DNA of 32,000 nucleotides from Promethearchaeum syntrophicum (GTDB taxonomy: Archaea; Asgardarchaeota; Lokiarchaeia; Sigyniarchaeales; Promethearchaeaceae), in assembly GCF_008000775.2 (NCBI RefSeq), contig NZ_CP042905.2:300001-332000 (forward strand), in the 5' to 3' direction. Both the position numbers and the translations under genes were made by a program. The notes beneath the pieces were generated by a model. That model searched no databases and was not told the DNA's origin. It was given only the letters and a program-made list of their open reading frames with translations. Positions 28,010 to 32,000 of the stretch are shown here, piece by piece. Every line of letters begins with the position of its first letter. Position 1 is the first letter of the stretch.

Positions 28010-29128
28010 GTGTTAATTTTGAAGAAATTGGCAGAATTTTGGGAATCTATTGGATCAATTGAAAACAAAAAAGTACGATGTAAGGTTTGTTCGCATTACT
28101 GTGTAATCCCCCCTGAAAAACGAGGATTCTGTAAAAGTCGTGAAAATATCAATGGAAAATTGTTTACACTAAATTATGGATCTTGCATCTCTCACGGTTC
28201 AACTGATCCCGTGGAAAAAAAACCACTATATCATTTTTATCCAGGAAGTAATGCTTTTTCAATTGCGACAGTTGGTTGCAGTTTCAGATGTAAACATTGC
28301 CAAAATTGGACTATTGGTCCCAGTGCTTATCCAGATAATGATGGACTTATTGCTAAAATCTTTGAAAAAGATGAAATTTATGCTCAACCATTTAAATTAA
28401 CTCAAATGACACCGGATGAAGTTGTAACTCGGGCAAAAAGAGCAAATTGCAAATCAATTGCATATACATATAATGAACCAACTATTTGGTTTGAATTTAT
28501 AAAAGATACAGCAATAAAAGCTAAAGAAAAAGACATTAAGAATATTTTAGTTACAAATGGGTACTCTTCAAAGGAAACTAATGAAGAATATATCAAATTT
28601 ATTGATGCAGCTAATATAGATTTTAAAGCTTTCAATGAATCCTTCTATAAAAAGATAGTTGGTGTTCCTTCAATGCAACCTGTTCTTGATACAGCGGAAT
28701 TTATGAAAACAAATGGTATTCACGTTGAAATTACAAATTTAATCATCCCAAAAGAAAATGATGACCTTAAAGAAATTAGATCAATGGTAAATTGGATTAT
28801 TAATCATTTAGGAGCAGACACACCTTTGCATTTCTCAGCATATCACCCATCTTATCGCTTAAAAAATCCAAGAACTTCCTCTAAAATATTGAAAGATGCA
28901 AGTATTTTAGCTAAAGAACTGGGGCTTCAATATGTTTTTATGGGAAATATATCATCTGATGAGGGCGGAAGTACTATTTGTCCTCAATGTAAATCTATTA
29001 TTATCGAAAGAAGAGGATATCATACTATAAATAGAAATTTAACCAATGAAAATAGTTGCGCTCAATGTGGATTAAAAATCCCCATTATCGGAAAATTTTC
29101 TCAAGAAAAAAGAAGCATCTTCTTCTAA
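28010..29128 (+). CDS. amrS: AmmeMemoRadiSam system radical SAM enzyme
   Basis: CRVCSHYCVIPPEKRGFCKSRENINGKL, YPGSNAFSIATVGCSFRCKHCQNWTIGP (CX3CX2C), YTYNEPTIWFEF, plus C-terminal zinc ribbon CPQCKS...CAQCGL. GTG start, or a slightly downstream alternative. Confidence 0.9.
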   Translation: MLILKKLAEFWESIGSIENKKVRCKVCSHYCVIPPEKRGFCKSRENINGKLFTLNYGSCISHGSTDPVEKKPLYHFYPGSNAFSIATVGCSFRCKHCQNWTIGPSAYPDNDGLIAKIFEKDEIYAQPFKLTQMTPDEVVTRAKRANCKSIAYTYNEPTIWFEFIKDTAIKAKEKDIKNILVTNGYSSKETNEEYIKFIDAANIDFKAFNESFYKKIVGVPSMQPVLDTAEFMKTNGIHVEITNLIIPKENDDLKEIRSMVNWIINHLGADTPLHFSAYHPSYRLKNPRTSSKILKDASILAKELGLQYVFMGNISSDEGGSTICPQCKSIIIERRGYHTINRNLTNENSCAQCGLKIPIIGKFSQEKRSIFF

Positions 29129-29234
29129 TTTTTCATTTTCCTTTTTAAATTGTGAAATAATACGTTCTAAAAATTTTATAATTTATTCATTCTTGGAGAT
29201 TTTGATATAGCAAATATAAAGGTTTGATAAACGA

Positions 29235-31961
29235 ATGTATAGGAAAATGTTGCGTAAAACAATGATTTATGGTTTTATAGGAATTTTTCTTGGAATGTTA
29301 ATTATATTTCCTTCTTTTCAAAATATTCCTCAAATAAATCCCGACAATAATCAAATTATTGATCAAAATAATATTGAAAATAAAAATCCATTTAGCCAAG
29401 ATAATTATAATGTGTTAAATTCACCGTTTTTTGAAAATACAACCTCGATATCTGATTGGTTGAAAAATGAAATAATAGATAATTCAACAGTTCAAGATAA
29501 TCCTGATTTTCCTATGTATTTTTCTGAAACATCACAAGACGGAAATACTATTACTGATAACAACCATAATTTTGAAGATTTTGCAGTGTTTTTAGATGGT
29601 TTAGTTAATCTATTGGATTTGAATAAATATCAAATTTCCCAATATTTCAATACCTACAAAAATTCCGAGTTCTGGGATTCAAATGCTAGTTCGCAAGGGT
29701 ATTATACTTCAGTAAACAGTGATTGGAGTGAAAATTCCACTGTAAAGGAATTGAACGGTAATTCTCAGATAATATTAACTTTTATTGATTGGTTAATCTC
29801 TGATCAATCCAATATTGAAACCTATAATGTTGAAAGTTTTATTTCAAACCAATGGGATGTTCAAAACAATTTATTTCATGATTCATCATTATTACCCATT
29901 CAAATCTACAATCACTCAAGTATAGAAGATTCAAAATTTGCGCAAGATCAATTTATTGCTGCAATAGCAGGATTTCTAATTAATCGCGCGAATAATGGTG
30001 ATCTAGCAATTCGAGATGAGGGTTTTGATGATGCTAACGCAACAATGGCATATATGATAGAATCTCCATTTTTCTCTTTGGATGCATTCGAAGAAAGTCG
30101 CTCTTCCAATTTAGGTTCAAGTACCAATGAAAATAAATTCTTAGATACTAATGCTTACGCGATATGGGCACTCTCTGAATGGTATTTAGCATTAGGTGCT
30201 CCAGAAAAAGGAGATCAAAAATACGTAGACTCTATTGAAAATGCCGAGAAAGTATTCCATACAATAAATAATACCCTTTGGAATGAAACATATTCTCTTT
30301 TTATGAACGGAATGGACAATCTTAATGATAATCCTGATTTTACCATTTATCTTAAAGATAATTCAATCATGTTAATGGCTATGCAGAAACTGTTTGAAGT
30401 AACAGGAAATTTCACGTATTATAAAGTTTGCATGGATATGTTTAATGGAATTCAGAAACACTTTAAAGATCCTGTTTATGGAACATATTTTACTTCGATA
30501 GGTACAATAGAAACCAATAAAAATAAAAGTCTAAATACAATTTCCTATCTTTTTAGATCATTAAACTCTCTTTCATCTTTATCTGAAAGAATAAATTCTA
30601 ATATGACTACAAATGGCACAGAATTTATTAAAAAAGAAGTATTTTCTGTCAATATTACTGCGGAATATTTCTTTGACCTATATAATTATTACGACCAACC
30701 TTATTATGCTGATGCAGAAATAAATTATTCCGTTCCAATTGAACATGCAGATTTCTTCTTTAGTGTTCGTTTTCCAAATGAAACTCTGGCATATAATGGA
30801 TCATTACAAGGTGATATAAATGGAACTGCTATTATCGAATTTCCAATTTTAGATGAGTATCCATTAGGAGATTATCTTGTTGATATGTATGCAAATTACA
30901 CAGGAATTGTGACCAGTTTCAATCAGATTTCCTTTTCATTAGTACCTGGGTTTTACGTGCAAGAGTATACTCTTGATTCAGAGTCAATTCGCGCAGGAAG
31001 TTCAACTTCATTGAATTTAAGTGTAAATAATACCCGAATGGATAATTTGACTGTAAGTATTAACTTAAATGGCACAAATTTTGCTAATCAAACATTTGCG
31101 CAAGTTTTATTGAATGGTTCATTGAACTCTTTTACGTATGAATTTACTGCTTTATCTAATGCAAGTTTTGGAGCTACATCTCTATTTATCGAAATAAAAA
31201 ACGAGTCTTCTTTAAATTATATATTAGAAATCCCAATTGTTATACTGAGTTCTATTGAAATTCGGAGAATTGAGCAAGATGCTTATGTATTTCATGATTT
31301 TGATTTTAAAATTCTAGTTGAATTACTAAATGTTGTTGATATATCTCAAACAGTTGATATTTCGATTTCAGGAGAATATATAATAGATCTTGAAATATCT
31401 CAACTTTTATTATCACAAGAATCAGTAGTTGTTCAATTAAATACTCAAATTTCGTCTAATGCTCCATACGGTGATATTAATTATAGTTTAAATATTACTC
31501 GGGCTTCTGATGAAAATACAATATCTTATGAAGAATTTATTTCAACTGTAAAATTACCTTTGGATATTCTATTTTTGGATGTTCCTGAATATTCTTATCA
31601 CGGGAAAGAATCTCAAGCTAGTTGCTATATTATGAACAATTTAAAAACAACTCAAAATATAAGCATTTTTGTTGATAATGAAACCATAAAAAGCAATTTA
31701 ACTCTAATTCCGGGAGAAAATTTAGTAGATATTCCATTTGGTCAAAATTTCATGAATCCTTATAAATTTGGAAGTAACTACTATTTGATAGAAATTGTGG
31801 ATTCAAATGGTAATATGATTTATGAACAGTTAATAACCTCAGAATTAAAAGCCTCAGTTGGAAGCATTTTATTAGGCTACGCGTTACCTTTAATTATTCC
31901 TATTGCAGGAATTGTTATTGTACGACATATGGCTCTTGAAAATAAAAAACGTTTAAGTTAG
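29235..31961 (+). CDS. Large surface-anchored protein: N-terminal signal/TM, alpha-toroid-like region, beta-rich Ig-like repeats, C-terminal TM
   Basis: MLRKTMIYGFIGIFLGMLIIF at the N-terminus, ASVGSILLGYALPLIIPIAGIVIVRHMALENKKR at the C-terminus; YAIWALSEWYLALG...FHTINNTLWNETYSLFMNGMDN helical-hairpin region; many N-X-S/T sequons. Confidence 0.75.
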   Translation: MYRKMLRKTMIYGFIGIFLGMLIIFPSFQNIPQINPDNNQIIDQNNIENKNPFSQDNYNVLNSPFFENTTSISDWLKNEIIDNSTVQDNPDFPMYFSETSQDGNTITDNNHNFEDFAVFLDGLVNLLDLNKYQISQYFNTYKNSEFWDSNASSQGYYTSVNSDWSENSTVKELNGNSQIILTFIDWLISDQSNIETYNVESFISNQWDVQNNLFHDSSLLPIQIYNHSSIEDSKFAQDQFIAAIAGFLINRANNGDLAIRDEGFDDANATMAYMIESPFFSLDAFEESRSSNLGSSTNENKFLDTNAYAIWALSEWYLALGAPEKGDQKYVDSIENAEKVFHTINNTLWNETYSLFMNGMDNLNDNPDFTIYLKDNSIMLMAMQKLFEVTGNFTYYKVCMDMFNGIQKHFKDPVYGTYFTSIGTIETNKNKSLNTISYLFRSLNSLSSLSERINSNMTTNGTEFIKKEVFSVNITAEYFFDLYNYYDQPYYADAEINYSVPIEHADFFFSVRFPNETLAYNGSLQGDINGTAIIEFPILDEYPLGDYLVDMYANYTGIVTSFNQISFSLVPGFYVQEYTLDSESIRAGSSTSLNLSVNNTRMDNLTVSINLNGTNFANQTFAQVLLNGSLNSFTYEFTALSNASFGATSLFIEIKNESSLNYILEIPIVILSSIEIRRIEQDAYVFHDFDFKILVELLNVVDISQTVDISISGEYIIDLEISQLLLSQESVVVQLNTQISSNAPYGDINYSLNITRASDENTISYEEFISTVKLPLDILFLDVPEYSYHGKESQASCYIMNNLKTTQNISIFVDNETIKSNLTLIPGENLVDIPFGQNFMNPYKFGSNYYLIEIVDSNGNMIYEQLITSELKASVGSILLGYALPLIIPIAGIVIVRHMALENKKRLS

Positions 31962-31970
31962 GTGAATTTA

Positions 31971-32000
31971 ATGAAAAAAATACGAAAAAATGAAATAATT
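31971..32000 (+). CDS. Start of next gene (MKKIRKNEII...), truncated by the window edge
   Basis: ATG preceded by AGGTGA, 9 nt after the previous stop codon. Confidence 0.4.
   Translation, partial: MKKIRKNEII

Noticed and set aside
28176-28635. ORFs 28176..28400(+) and 28402..28635(-)
   Set aside because: Alternate-frame and antisense ORFs within the amrS coding region.
1-32000. CRISPR array, IS element or integrase
   Set aside because: No regularly spaced direct repeats, terminal inverted repeats or transposase/integrase motifs seen on either strand.

Overview
This 32 kb AT-rich window looks archaeal. The supporting evidence is a GINS-like replication protein, an AmrS-type radical SAM enzyme, oligo-T/TATA-rich intergenic gaps and many short-spaced divergent or convergent genes. 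An Asgard-like lineage is plausible but was not tested. About 25 genes are supportable. Recognisable products are: a Gp37/Gp68 (DUF5131)-like radical SAM protein in a tail-to-tail overlap with a TcmP-like partner, a NYN-domain nuclease, an LRR protein, an HSDL2-like SDR, an EFR1-type flavodoxin/ferredoxin, a DUF4256 protein, a GPH-family symporter, a membrane-anchored alpha/beta hydrolase, an LHPP/NagD-like HAD phosphatase, a molybdopterin oxidoreductase, a GINS subunit, a 1155-aa multi-TM + HEAT-repeat protein, a TPR protein, a stand-alone GH38 C-terminal-like beta-sandwich protein, AmrS, and a large surface protein. The most notable observations are: (1) the convergent TcmP/radical SAM cassette beside a NYN protein; (2) two genes (LRR; 6-7TM + CASCKKIRDD module) broken only by in-frame TAA codons, with no frameshift and with domain periodicity or motifs running straight through the stops; (3) a tandem paralog pair at the left edge with an unlisted 39-aa TAATG-coupled membrane micropeptide; (4) a GH38 C-terminal domain with no catalytic domain; (5) a multi-TM/HEAT protein of unclear function. 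No tRNA, rRNA, CRISPR array or transposase was recognised.
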